From assembly GCA_965215195.1 (NCBI GenBank), contig CBDCDC010000002.1, forward strand, positions 800,001 to 864,000: a stretch of 64,000 nt of DNA, in the 5' to 3' direction. The stretch comes from Candidatus Latescibacterota bacterium (lineage in GTDB: Bacteria > Latescibacterota > UBA2968 > UBA8231). A program made the position numbers and the translations under genes. Shown here piece after piece: positions 28,545 to 38,118 of this stretch (position 1 is its first letter; every line of letters starts with the position of its first letter). The notes under the pieces are model-generated. The model was not told the origin of the DNA, ran no database searches, and saw nothing but the letters and a program-made list of their open reading frames with translations.

Positions 28545-31500
28545 TTAAGAAGCGCGTTGCGCACACCACTCCGTCAACAAGTGTGCAGCCCGCTGCTTGG
28601 CTTGGACAGCCGACGCCTCTTTGACCTGCTCGTACCCGCGAATGCCGTCCGGCAACTCGGCGATTTCCACGGCCAGCCCATAGCTTTCTTCGGCCAGTGC
28701 CGGCAAGACCTTTTCGATCAACCCGCAGTACCAGCCAATCAGTTCGCGCTCCAAGCGGCGCGCTGGCGTATAGCCAAACACGTCAAACGCCGTACCGCGC
28801 AACCCTTTTAGCCGGCTCAGGAGCACCAGCGCCGGACGCAGGCCCTTGCCAAAGCCGATCTTGCCCTTGAGCAAGCGCCGCAGGGTGGGCGGATGCAACT
28901 GCCGGACGATTTCCACCTCTCCGTCGAACAGGGCGCGCAGCCGCTCTTCACTGCCGTTGCGCGTCGCCAACCGCGCGACCTCGTATTCGTCCTTGTACGC
29001 CATCAGCTTGTACAGGCCGCGCACCACCGCCCGCGTGAGCTGCAAGCCGTGCGACAAGCCCCGATCGACGGCCCACACTTGGCGCACAAACCCCAAGTAG
29101 CGCCGGGCATAGGCGACGTCCTGATAGGCGCACAATTCGGCCAGCCGCACCCCCACCTCCTTCTGCCCCTCCACCGCCAAACCCGCCAACGCCGCCAAAC
29201 CCTCGTCGAGCAGGGCCTGCGCCGCCGCGTCGTGCGCCAGCCGCGCCCGCACTTCCGCCAACGTTTGCACCGCGGACACTTGCTGAATGCCCAAAGCCCG
29301 CTCCACCCGCGCCGGATCGGCCACGGCCAAGCGCCCCCAGCGGAAAGCCTGCACATTTTTTTCCACGGCCTGCGCGTTCAGGGCGATGGCCCGCTCAATG
29401 GAGGCCGCTTGTAGGGGCACTGCACCGGCCTGGTACGCGGCCCCCAACAGGAGCATGTTGGCGAAAATCGCATCCGAGAACAGCCGCTCGGCCAGCCAGT
29501 ACGTATCGAGGTAGATGTTGTCCTTGCCCGTGCAACGGTCGATTAGGGCGCGCAGCCGGGCCGCGTCGGGAAAGGGCTGGGTGCGCGGGTTGCGATTCAT
29601 GGCCGCATTGGCGATTTCAGCGGTGCTGACGAGGGCGCGGGTGCGCTGGGGCGCGGCGTATTTGAGGTTGTCCGGCTCGGCCGCCCGCAGCAGGTCAAAC
29701 CCCAAGTACAGATCGACTTCCCCAGGGAAGAGGCGGTTGAACACCGGCTGCTCGGCCGCGCTTATCACAATCGGCGCTTCGACCGGCCCACCCTTTTGCG
29801 CCAAGCCGGTGTTGTTGGACAAATACACGTATTTGCCCTCCATCATGGCCGCGTACGCAATGAGATGAGAAATCGTCACCACGCCTGTCCCCCCCCGCCC
29901 CATGGCGAAGATCGCGTATGGCCTCTCCAGCGGGCACGCTGGCGGCTCGGGCAGCTCGTCCAAAGGCTCCGGCCGCCGGCGGCGCAAGCGCGTGCCCTTG
30001 GCCGGCTTGACCACGGCAAAGGACGGGCACTCGCCGTCGATGCACAGCCCGTCTTGTGCACACTGGGCCTGCCGCACCTGCGTCTTGTCGCCGAACTCGG
30101 TCGCCACGCTGTAGAGCGCGGCGCAGCCTTCGGACTGGGCGTAACAGTCGCCGCAGCCCTCGCATATCGCCTCGTCGATGAGCACGTATTCGTCGGGCGT
30201 CAAACCCTCGCGGCGGCGGCGGCGGCCTTTCTCGGTGGCGCATTCCTTGTCGAGGATGAGCGCGGTCGTCCCGGCAATTTCCTTAAATTGCGCCAAGGCT
30301 TCGGCGTGGCGCTCCAAGCCGAACACCTCGATTCGCTCCCCGTCCAAGTGGCGGTAGCGCACCGGGTCCTCGCTGACGATCCCAACCTTCACTACCCCCA
30401 GCCCCAAAAGCTCCTGCACGACATCCGACACCGGCCGCTGCCCCCCGGGCGTCTGCCCGCCGGTGAGCGCGACCGCCCCGTTAAAAAGCAGCAGAAAGGT
30501 GATGTTCACCTCGCCTTGGACGCAGCTTTGGATCGCGCCGCGACCGCTGTGGAAATAGCTCCCGTCGCCCAAGTATTGGTAGATGTGCTGATTGCCGTTG
30601 AAGGGGGCCCAACCGCTGTAAATGGATCCACCAGCCCCCATCGTGGGGATGTAGAGGACGCCGGAGTCGTAGGCTTCAATCGCCCGGATGGAGGAGCAGC
30701 CAATGGCCCCCCCGGGCTTTTCGCGCAAGTCGCGGAAGCTGTTGTACGGACAGCCGCCGCAGGACATGGGCGTGACCCCGGGCACGGCTGGATAGGTGCG
30801 GTCGAGCACGCGCTGTAGCGCGGCGCGGCGCTCGGGGGCTGCCCCCAGACGCGGCCCGAGCTTGAGCACCAATTCCTCGGGATCCACTTCGCCGTGCGCC
30901 GGAATCAGCGGCTGCCCGTCCTCGTCCCACTGGCCGTACACGGCCTCCACATCCGCATCCCACAGCGCGGCTTTGACGCCCTCTTCGACAAAAGGCCCAG
31001 GCTCCTCAACCACGTAGATGCGCCGCAAACCTCGGGCGAATGTACGCACAATTTCGTAGTCGAGCGGATAGCTCACCGCGAGGTGCAACACCGGGATTCG
31101 CAGCCCCAAGTAGGCGAGGGCCTGCCGCACGTCCGCGTAGCTCTTGCCCACGGCCACGATGCCGACCCCGCCCCCTGCGTCCGCATCCACGATGCGGTTG
31201 AGGTCGTTGGCCCGCACATACTCTTCCACCAGCGGCCACTTTTCCTCCACGAGTTGCTGCTGCATGGGCAATGCGCCCGTAGCCATGACGATCTGGTTGA
31301 ATCGCTTGGCAAACGCGCGCTCGGGCAAGGCGATGGCTGGGCGCACACAGCCCAAGTCAACCGTGCTCGCGCCATCGCACACCGGCGTCGCTAGCTTGAG
31401 CGCGGTCACTACGCCGGCGTGGCGCGACAGGGCGACCGCGTGCAGCCCCAAGCGAATGACGTCCTCAATGCTGGCCGGATAGAAAATCGGCACCATGCTG

Positions 31501-31970
31501 CTGCGCAACACCCAATCGCTGGCCCCGGGCGAGACCGAGCTTTTGGAGCGGTGATCTTCTCCCGACAGCAGGACCATGGCACCGCGAGCGCCAGTGCCGC
31601 TGAGATTGGCCAACCACACCTCGTCGGGAATCCACATTGTGCCGTGTGCCTTGCCGTACCAAAAGGCATCCACGTCCCCACTGGCCGCAAACTGGCTGCC
31701 CAACACGGCCGAGGCCGCGGTTTTCTCGTTGATGCCGAACTGATGCACCGTGCGCCCCAACTCGTTGAGCACGTCGAGCTGGGCGACTATCTTCAGGTCC
31801 AGCCCGCCCAGCGGCGACCCTTCATAGCCGGTGAAATAGGTCTGGTTGACGTGGCCAGCGGCTTGGTCGCGCTCCTGCTTTTCGCGCACGAGGCGCACAA
31901 TCGCCTCCATGCCCGTGAGAAAGACCCGGCCATCGCGCTGTAAAAATTTGTCTTGAATGTCCAGCTTCAT
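28545..31970 (-). CDS. Fused indolepyruvate ferredoxin oxidoreductase family protein
   Basis: GYEGSPLGG, CGGCP, GDGSYFHSG TPP motif, CEGCGDC Fe-S, GLAQKGG, YKLMAYKDEYEVAR. Confidence 0.93.
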   Translation of the reverse strand: MKLDIQDKFLQRDGRVFLTGMEAIVRLVREKQERDQAAGHVNQTYFTGYEGSPLGGLDLKIVAQLDVLNELGRTVHQFGINEKTAASAVLGSQFAASGDVDAFWYGKAHGTMWIPDEVWLANLSGTGARGAMVLLSGEDHRSKSSVSPGASDWVLRSSMVPIFYPASIEDVIRLGLHAVALSRHAGVVTALKLATPVCDGASTVDLGCVRPAIALPERAFAKRFNQIVMATGALPMQQQLVEEKWPLVEEYVRANDLNRIVDADAGGGVGIVAVGKSYADVRQALAYLGLRIPVLHLAVSYPLDYEIVRTFARGLRRIYVVEEPGPFVEEGVKAALWDADVEAVYGQWDEDGQPLIPAHGEVDPEELVLKLGPRLGAAPERRAALQRVLDRTYPAVPGVTPMSCGGCPYNSFRDLREKPGGAIGCSSIRAIEAYDSGVLYIPTMGAGGSIYSGWAPFNGNQHIYQYLGDGSYFHSGRGAIQSCVQGEVNITFLLLFNGAVALTGGQTPGGQRPVSDVVQELLGLGVVKVGIVSEDPVRYRHLDGERIEVFGLERHAEALAQFKEIAGTTALILDKECATEKGRRRRREGLTPDEYVLIDEAICEGCGDCYAQSEGCAALYSVATEFGDKTQVRQAQCAQDGLCIDGECPSFAVVKPAKGTRLRRRRPEPLDELPEPPACPLERPYAIFAMGRGGTGVVTISHLIAYAAMMEGKYVYLSNNTGLAQKGGPVEAPIVISAAEQPVFNRLFPGEVDLYLGFDLLRAAEPDNLKYAAPQRTRALVSTAEIANAAMNRNPRTQPFPDAARLRALIDRCTGKDNIYLDTYWLAERLFSDAIFANMLLLGAAYQAGAVPLQAASIERAIALNAQAVEKNVQAFRWGRLAVADPARVERALGIQQVSAVQTLAEVRARLAHDAAAQALLDEGLAALAGLAVEGQKEVGVRLAELCAYQDVAYARRYLGFVRQVWAVDRGLSHGLQLTRAVVRGLYKLMAYKDEYEVARLATRNGSEERLRALFDGEVEIVRQLHPPTLRRLLKGKIGFGKGLRPALVLLSRLKGLRGTAFDVFGYTPARRLERELIGWYCGLIEKVLPALAEESYGLAVEIAELPDGIRGYEQVKEASAVQAKQRAAHLLTEWCAQRAS

Positions 31971-32194
31971 AAGAGGCTCTTGGCGTTGTTTTTTGGCTTT
32001 ATTCAGCGTATGTTTTTTAGACTACCGAGGCGAAGAAGCTAATGAATACAGTGCCTTTTGACCAATTGGGGCCGGGGCGGTTTGGGTTTAACTTAAACGC
32101 GGCGCAACACATCTAAGGCAATACTTTTATTGCCGACCGAAGGGTCGGTAAATATCGACCAATTTGGATCGATTGGCGTGACAATAAGAAAGAA

Positions 32195-33316
32195 ATGATG
32201 GGGATGTTTAAGGAATGTGCGGTATGTGGCGGCGAGGTTGTCGAACGGGAAGTTGAGAAAGTTTTGCGCGGCGGCAATCACGCTGAGCAAGTGAAAGTCT
32301 CAGCAAAAGCTTGTATTCGTTGTGGCGAATACTTTTACGGGCCAAAGGCGATAAAACGCTTTGCAGAAGTCAGAGCGAAATTGAAAATGTCGGATGCTCC
32401 AAATACGCCGTGGCTAGGCCTCCTAGACAAATTGGATTACGAGGTTTGGTTGCTCGATTTTCTGGAGAAACGTCGCGCTAAAGACCCCAAGGAGTCGCTC
32501 GAGCTCGAGAGCGATAGCGAGCAGAATATCCATGTAAAAACAGTAGCGAAGGATGCGGAATCTTCGCTTGCCTCTTACTACACCGCGCCTCTCCTAAACG
32601 CCACGATGCCTCTCACTTTTGTTGCTGTCTTCAAGACGCTGGACATGATTTTTGAATGGATATTTGCAGAAAATGGCCTAACGGTTCCTCGGCAATTTGC
32701 GGCCAAGGTCAAGCTGCTAAAGAAAAAACACCAGCTTCCCCCTCTCTTTGAGAGCCGACCGTATCTCTACAAATACGCAAAAGCACTCTTTTGCCAACTG
32801 CTGCGATATCGCAATGAAGTAGTGCATGAAAATAGATTCTGCGTCTCCGAAGGCACACTGACCCTATCGAGTTCAATGAAGGGAACCTCCCTAACGTTGA
32901 GCAGCAAACAGGTCGATTACCTAGGGCGTTTCGCGCTTGTAATCGTCCGCGCACTCACAGGCAAAACGGTCATCGACGATTACAAAGACAAAATGTTGCG
33001 CCACTATCTCGATATTCTCGCGCCGGCCCACGGGCTAGCGACTTTTGGTCAACAAATGCCGCGTTTTGTGCATGTCGAACTCACCGAGCCCAAGCAAGGC
33101 CCAGCCTTCCCGGTAGACTTAAAAAACGTGCGCGAGCAAGTATCGCGCAGTTTCCCCAATCAAGAAACGATCTTTGACCTTACAGTGGAAGGCGTGGAAG
33201 GCGAGCATCTCATTGCAAAGTGGCACTTCGCACCCGAAGAGATTCCAACTTTTGACGTGATGACTCTGTACGAGGAATCTCACGAGGCGAACCGAGTGGA
33301 ACTCATCCTCCCGTAG
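32195..33316 (+). CDS. YgiT-type zinc finger fused to a HEPN-like domain
   Basis: CAVCGG...CIRCGE N-terminus; RNEVVH (R-X4-H) downstream; AT-richer codon usage. Confidence 0.65.
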   Translation: MMGMFKECAVCGGEVVEREVEKVLRGGNHAEQVKVSAKACIRCGEYFYGPKAIKRFAEVRAKLKMSDAPNTPWLGLLDKLDYEVWLLDFLEKRRAKDPKESLELESDSEQNIHVKTVAKDAESSLASYYTAPLLNATMPLTFVAVFKTLDMIFEWIFAENGLTVPRQFAAKVKLLKKKHQLPPLFESRPYLYKYAKALFCQLLRYRNEVVHENRFCVSEGTLTLSSSMKGTSLTLSSKQVDYLGRFALVIVRALTGKTVIDDYKDKMLRHYLDILAPAHGLATFGQQMPRFVHVELTEPKQGPAFPVDLKNVREQVSRSFPNQETIFDLTVEGVEGEHLIAKWHFAPEEIPTFDVMTLYEESHEANRVELILP

Positions 33317-33368
33317 CTGTTGCCATGCTAGACAACATCACCCCTAACCCAAAACTCAGAGTTTAACC

Positions 33369-33683
33369 ATGGCCGAAACGATTGACGAACTCACCATCCA
33401 CTACGAAGAAGACGGCAAAGTCTTGCGCCAAGAAGTGGCCAAGGAAGTGCTCAGCAAAGGGGCTTGGACGACGATCATGTTCCTCTACCAAGACCTCAAC
33501 CGCAAAACCGACGAGTACGGCCCGCGCAAAATATCCATTCGCCGCTACCAAAAGCGCGACGGCACCTTTTTGCAGCGCAGCAAGTTCGAGGTGTCAAGCC
33601 CAGCGCAAGCGCGCGCGATCTGCAGCAAGATACAGGACTGGTTCCCCCCAGAATTAGACGCGCTGCTTACCCGGCCCTGCTAG
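33369..33683 (+). CDS. Conserved hypothetical protein
   Basis: Natural-looking composition and host-like codon usage ('KEVLSKGAWTTIMF', 'IRRYQK'). Confidence 0.75.
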   Translation: MAETIDELTIHYEEDGKVLRQEVAKEVLSKGAWTTIMFLYQDLNRKTDEYGPRKISIRRYQKRDGTFLQRSKFEVSSPAQARAICSKIQDWFPPELDALLTRPC

Positions 33684-34833
33684 CGACCTTCACCCGCACG
33701 CGATGCCAGCCCGTGCGGCCATCGTACAGATCGGCACCGGCGTCTTCTTCTGGCTGCACGTCCCCGGCACTATCCGTTGCCCGTGCGACGATGTGGTACT
33801 CGCCCGTGGCGGGCAACTTCCATTCGTAGGCCCACGTGACCCAAATGTTGGGCAGGCGCTGCGTGGTAATGTGCGCCTCGTTCCAAGACCGCCCGCCATT
33901 GGTGCTGACCTCAACCGATTCGACCGTGCGCTCGCCGGCCATGGCGATTCCGTGGATGACAAAAGGGCTGCCTTGGACCCCGCGCAGGGTTTGCAGCACC
34001 ACGGAAACGCCGCCGTTGGCCGGGTCTTTCACATCGTCCCACACCGAGAGGGGCGCGTCAATCCGCGAGTTCACGGTCGCCACGGCCTCGTCCGACCACT
34101 TGAAGGGCTTGTTCTCGGGCTTGCTTTCCCAGTAGCCTAAATAGACCTCGTCGATCAGCTCAATGCGGGTGATCCACTTGGGCATCTTCTGGCCGTAGTG
34201 CCCGGGGTTTATCAAGCGCAGGGGGAATCCGTGCTTGGAGGGCAGCGGCTCGCCGTTCATTTCCCAAGCGAGGATCACCTCGTCGCGCAGGGCGCGCTCC
34301 AGTGGAATCGACGTGGTATAGCCATCGGAACTGTCGCTATAAAACTTGACTCGGGTCGCTTCGCTCTTAATTCCGGCCAGGTTGAGCACCTCGGACAGCG
34401 GCGTGCCACCCCACTCGGCATTGCCCACCAACGGCCCGCCAATCCAGTTGCCAATGCACTGCATGGTCAAGACCTGCCGCTGCATGGGCAGCGCGGTAAT
34501 ATCCGCATAGGTCCAGTCCGTGCGGGGTTGGTCCACCAGCCCATCCACTACCAAGCGCCAGCTATTGGCCGCCAGCTTCGGGTCGTAATTTTTCCCGTTA
34601 ATCGACTGGAGATAGTGCCGCGCATTGGAAGTAATCGGCGGCAGCGGTAGCGCCGATAGCACCTCTTCCTCGGGCATCTCCTCTAGGTCCAGGTCCATAA
34701 TGTCCATGTCCGGCCCGGTGGGCATGCTCTTGAAGCGCACCTCGTTGCCGTCGCAACCCCAAGTGGGGAGAATCGCGGTGGCGATAGCAGCCCCGCTCGA
34801 CTTGAGAAACTGACGTCTAGTTGATTTGTGCAT
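33667..34833 (-). CDS. Sulfite-oxidase-family molybdoenzyme with Tat/lipoprotein signal
   Basis: TRRQFLK Tat motif then WGC; Mo-ligand QCIGN, HGFPLRL-PG-YG-K--KW, C-terminal dimerisation domain. Confidence 0.88.
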   Translation of the reverse strand: MHKSTRRQFLKSSGAAIATAILPTWGCDGNEVRFKSMPTGPDMDIMDLDLEEMPEEEVLSALPLPPITSNARHYLQSINGKNYDPKLAANSWRLVVDGLVDQPRTDWTYADITALPMQRQVLTMQCIGNWIGGPLVGNAEWGGTPLSEVLNLAGIKSEATRVKFYSDSSDGYTTSIPLERALRDEVILAWEMNGEPLPSKHGFPLRLINPGHYGQKMPKWITRIELIDEVYLGYWESKPENKPFKWSDEAVATVNSRIDAPLSVWDDVKDPANGGVSVVLQTLRGVQGSPFVIHGIAMAGERTVESVEVSTNGGRSWNEAHITTQRLPNIWVTWAYEWKLPATGEYHIVARATDSAGDVQPEEDAGADLYDGRTGWHRVRVKVASRAG

Positions 34834-34843
34834 GACAACTCCT

Positions 34844-35656
34844 TTAGCGAATGAGGGCCAACCCCACACCCAACGACGACCCGGCTCCAATGTTCTCGCC
34901 CCTGAAAACCACCTTCCACAACACGTCGATCCACAGCGGGCCAACCACCTGCACGGCCGCGTTGCCACCTACTTCGGTGAAATCCCCCTCCGACACCTGC
35001 ACTACCCCGACCAGCCCGCCCTCCGAGTCCGCCGCGAGGGTGTACACACTGGCGACAAAGCCCTTGGCAAACAGCCGCGGATGCGGCGTGGCCCCTAGCT
35101 CGACAAAATAGGATGCTTGGTTGGAAAATGGGCCGCCGCGCAGCTTGTACCCCGCCTCGGCACCCGCGTAGAGCGGCAGCGGATAGAGCGACAGCCCGGC
35201 CAAGAGCCGCGTCCCCAGCTCGGAATGGCCGGTGCCAAGGGCCGGGTCGTACTCCGGGTCGTACCCGCTAGGGAACGCGACCTCAACCTGCGGCGACAGC
35301 ACCAACCTACCCCCGGTGAGCTGGTACTTCGCGCCGAGATGCACGTCGCCTAGCCCCCAAGTGATGCGCTCGACAAAGCGATCCTCAGACACCAGCCTGC
35401 CCGCGCCAACCTGCCCGGTCAGGGTCAACCGCTCGCGCAACCCGTACTCGCCGTATGCGAGGACTTGGCGAGCGCGGAATTGGTTGTCGTCCATGCCCAT
35501 GGGCGCACGGCGACCCATGTCGTTGAAGACCTCGGCGGTTGAATAGTGGATCCCCGAGAGCTTGGCGTAGTAGCCTCCGCGGGGCTGGCTCCAAGCCCCG
35601 GCCCCAACCTCGCCGACCCAACACAGGGCCAACAGGCCCGTTGCTAACCAACGCAT
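34844..35656 (-). CDS. Putative outer-membrane beta-barrel protein
   Basis: Signal peptide, AGAWSQP-G motif, YGEYGL, alternating beta-strand pattern. Confidence 0.65.
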   Translation of the reverse strand: MRWLATGLLALCWVGEVGAGAWSQPRGGYYAKLSGIHYSTAEVFNDMGRRAPMGMDDNQFRARQVLAYGEYGLRERLTLTGQVGAGRLVSEDRFVERITWGLGDVHLGAKYQLTGGRLVLSPQVEVAFPSGYDPEYDPALGTGHSELGTRLLAGLSLYPLPLYAGAEAGYKLRGGPFSNQASYFVELGATPHPRLFAKGFVASVYTLAADSEGGLVGVVQVSEGDFTEVGGNAAVQVVGPLWIDVLWKVVFRGENIGAGSSLGVGLALIR

Positions 35657-36804
35657 TTCTCGCTCCCTTTCCGCGGTGCAATCCGCTCGTAGAGTGCTAG
35701 CAATTTCTCGGCCTCGGCCTCCCAATTAAAATGCTCTTCAGCCGCTCGCCGCGCCTGCGCCCCCTTGGCCTGCGCTGCCACCGGGTCGTCGAGCAAGCAC
35801 CCGATGGCGCGCGCGTGAGCGGCCGGGTCGCGCGGGTCCGCGAGCAGGCCCCAATCCGCGACCGCGCGAAACCTGCGTATGGAAGGTAAATCACTGGCGA
35901 CTACGGGCAAGCCGCAAGCGAAGTACTCAAAGAGCTTGGTCGGCACGAAGGAGGCCAAATTTTTGGGCGAGATCTGCCCTGGCACCAAGCCAATCTGACA
36001 CGCGGCGATTGTCGCCCCCAACTCGTCGTACGGCACACGCTTTTCACTGTAGTGTATCTGCTCTTCGAGTCCCCACGCGCGCCGGCGAGCCTCGAATCGC
36101 TCGCGCAGATCCTGCGAGTGAAACTCTCCGACGCTCAAGAGGCGGGCCTGCGGATGGGTCTTGGCCAGTTCGCGCATGATTTCGAGCAAGAACAGCCCGC
36201 CCCGGTCTTCGGATAGCGAGCCAATGTGAACCAGTGCGAAAGGCCCTAGCTGGCCGCAGCCGGGGGAAAACCTCTCCAAGCGCGGGTAGTTCTTCACTAC
36301 CGCAAAGGGGTGCTTGGCAAAGCGGTTGCCTTGTTCCTCGACCACCCCGACCACGGCCGTGACAAAGCAGCGGGCGAGCGAACGCTCCCCCCAGTCGACC
36401 AACCGCGAGAGGGGCCGCCGCAGCCACGAGGGGACCCACGGCCGCACCATGACCACCAGCGGGAAGTGCTCGTGTACGTCGTAGATGACCCGGCGGCCGC
36501 AGAGCCTGAGCACTGCGCCCACCGGCAACAGCTCAGGGTCGTGGAAGTGGAAGTAATCGGCGTCCGCACTCAGCCCGATGCGCAGCAAGCGCCACAGGTT
36601 CAAAAACCGCTGGCCGAACCCTTGCGCTACCGGCACGGTCTGTACGCGCACTCCGGCCCGCTCCCCACACCACGCCTTTGGCCCTGGCCCCACCACTGTC
36701 ACCGCGTACCCCGCACGCGCCAAGGTCTGCGCTTGTTTGTAGAAAATCCGCACGTCAAACGGGTTGTGGACATTCGTCAGGTGGTACACCTCAGGCGCAG
36801 CCAA
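35644..36804 (-). CDS. GT4 glycosyltransferase
   Basis: DVRIFYK, HFHDPEL, YDVHE, PTKLFEYFACGLPVV; TTG start overlapping the wbqC-like stop. Confidence 0.9.
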   Translation of the reverse strand: MAAPEVYHLTNVHNPFDVRIFYKQAQTLARAGYAVTVVGPGPKAWCGERAGVRVQTVPVAQGFGQRFLNLWRLLRIGLSADADYFHFHDPELLPVGAVLRLCGRRVIYDVHEHFPLVVMVRPWVPSWLRRPLSRLVDWGERSLARCFVTAVVGVVEEQGNRFAKHPFAVVKNYPRLERFSPGCGQLGPFALVHIGSLSEDRGGLFLLEIMRELAKTHPQARLLSVGEFHSQDLRERFEARRRAWGLEEQIHYSEKRVPYDELGATIAACQIGLVPGQISPKNLASFVPTKLFEYFACGLPVVASDLPSIRRFRAVADWGLLADPRDPAAHARAIGCLLDDPVAAQAKGAQARRAAEEHFNWEAEAEKLLALYERIAPRKGSEKCVG

Positions 36805-37486
36805 AAAGCATCTCCCTGCTTTGCGGACCGCAATTAAAAAGCAAGTCCAACACCGACATCTCGGCGACAAAACCCGCGTGGCACTGGGGATACACCGGAT
36901 GCTCAAAGCGGGTAAAGCGACACTCAATGCCGGCCGCGGCAAACGCCTCCACGTCCAAATACGCCCTCGAGGCCCCGGCCCCGGACAGGTAAACCGGACA
37001 GTCGCACGCCTTGGCCATATCCACCAAGCGCAAGGTCCGCTCGCTCCGCAGATCCATCTGCGAGCTGAAGCGGACCTCGACCTCTAAGCCCAAGAGCGGC
37101 AACAAGTGGCGCAGCAGGGCCACGTTCAAGTCGAGCAACTGGGTCCACGCCCCCGCGTATAGGTCCTCTATGGCTGGGGCGTACGCGTCAAAAAAGGGCG
37201 CGTGGCCGTAGTGCCAGCGCAGCGCTTGGCAGTGCTTGCGCCGCCAAGTGCCGTCGGGTTGGAGCTGGACCTCGCATATCTGCTGCTGGCCCCGGCCCCG
37301 CGTCAGCACCGGCACGGTCAGCCATTGCCAGCCAGAAGCCGTGCGAATGCGGTTGCGGTTGGTCAGGCTGCCGCGGCTGTATTGCACGTCGTCGGCCAAG
37401 ACCCACACGTCGGCTTGCCCCACCTTGTGGAACAAGCCCAGCCAAGGCAGAAAATTGGGCTGGTGCGCCGCCAACACCCGGCTCAT
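36791..37486 (-). CDS. WbqC-family protein
   Basis: HQPNFLPW, DDVQY, NRNRI, YLSG, SVLDLLFNCG. Confidence 0.92.
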   Translation of the reverse strand: MSRVLAAHQPNFLPWLGLFHKVGQADVWVLADDVQYSRGSLTNRNRIRTASGWQWLTVPVLTRGRGQQQICEVQLQPDGTWRRKHCQALRWHYGHAPFFDAYAPAIEDLYAGAWTQLLDLNVALLRHLLPLLGLEVEVRFSSQMDLRSERTLRLVDMAKACDCPVYLSGAGASRAYLDVEAFAAAGIECRFTRFEHPVYPQCHAGFVAEMSVLDLLFNCGPQSREMLFGCA

Positions 37487-38118
37487 CAGCGCACCCACCT
37501 GAGCACGTCAAACGCCTCGGCGTACTCCACCATAATCTGCCCGCCCCTGCTCCGCGCCCAGCTCCAGATAAAATCCTCTTGGGTGTACGGACGATGCTGT
37601 TGCGACTGGTAGCAGCGCAGGGCGGCGATCTTGGTATGCACGTGGGCGCGGGTGAGCACGCAAAAATGTCGGTAGTCAAAGCTCAGGTTGTTCCACGGCA
37701 GCTCGTAGCCGAGCACGGTGACCGTCTTGAAGGCGCGCAGGCCCTCGAGGTGAATGGTCTGGTGATCTTGGTGCAGGTCTTGCGCGCTGGGCAAGAATAC
37801 GGTTCCCGGGTCAATTTCCCTTTTGATCTTCACCAACTCTTCGAGGATTTCTTGGCGCATGTGGGGCAGGTGACGCACCGCATACTGATAGATCAGCAGG
37901 TTCGCCGCGGGAATGCCCAGCACCTTGGTGCCCTCCCGCACCTCCTTCTCCAGAATGTCGGGTGGAAAGGGCGGCGGCACCGACTCGGCGGCCGTGGAAA
38001 AGGCCGCGTAGTACACCTCGCCACCCTCTTCCACCATGCGGCTGATGGTTCCCCCGCAGCCGAGCTCGCCATCGTCCGTGTGCGGCGCGAGCACCAAGAT
38101 CCGGTCATGTGCCGGCAC
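37486..38118 (-). CDS. PIG-L/LmbE family deacetylase
   Basis: APHTDDGELGCGG, DLHQDH, YAEAF. Confidence 0.92.
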   Translation of the reverse strand: MPAHDRILVLAPHTDDGELGCGGTISRMVEEGGEVYYAAFSTAAESVPPPFPPDILEKEVREGTKVLGIPAANLLIYQYAVRHLPHMRQEILEELVKIKREIDPGTVFLPSAQDLHQDHQTIHLEGLRAFKTVTVLGYELPWNNLSFDYRHFCVLTRAHVHTKIAALRCYQSQQHRPYTQEDFIWSWARSRGGQIMVEYAEAFDVLRWVR

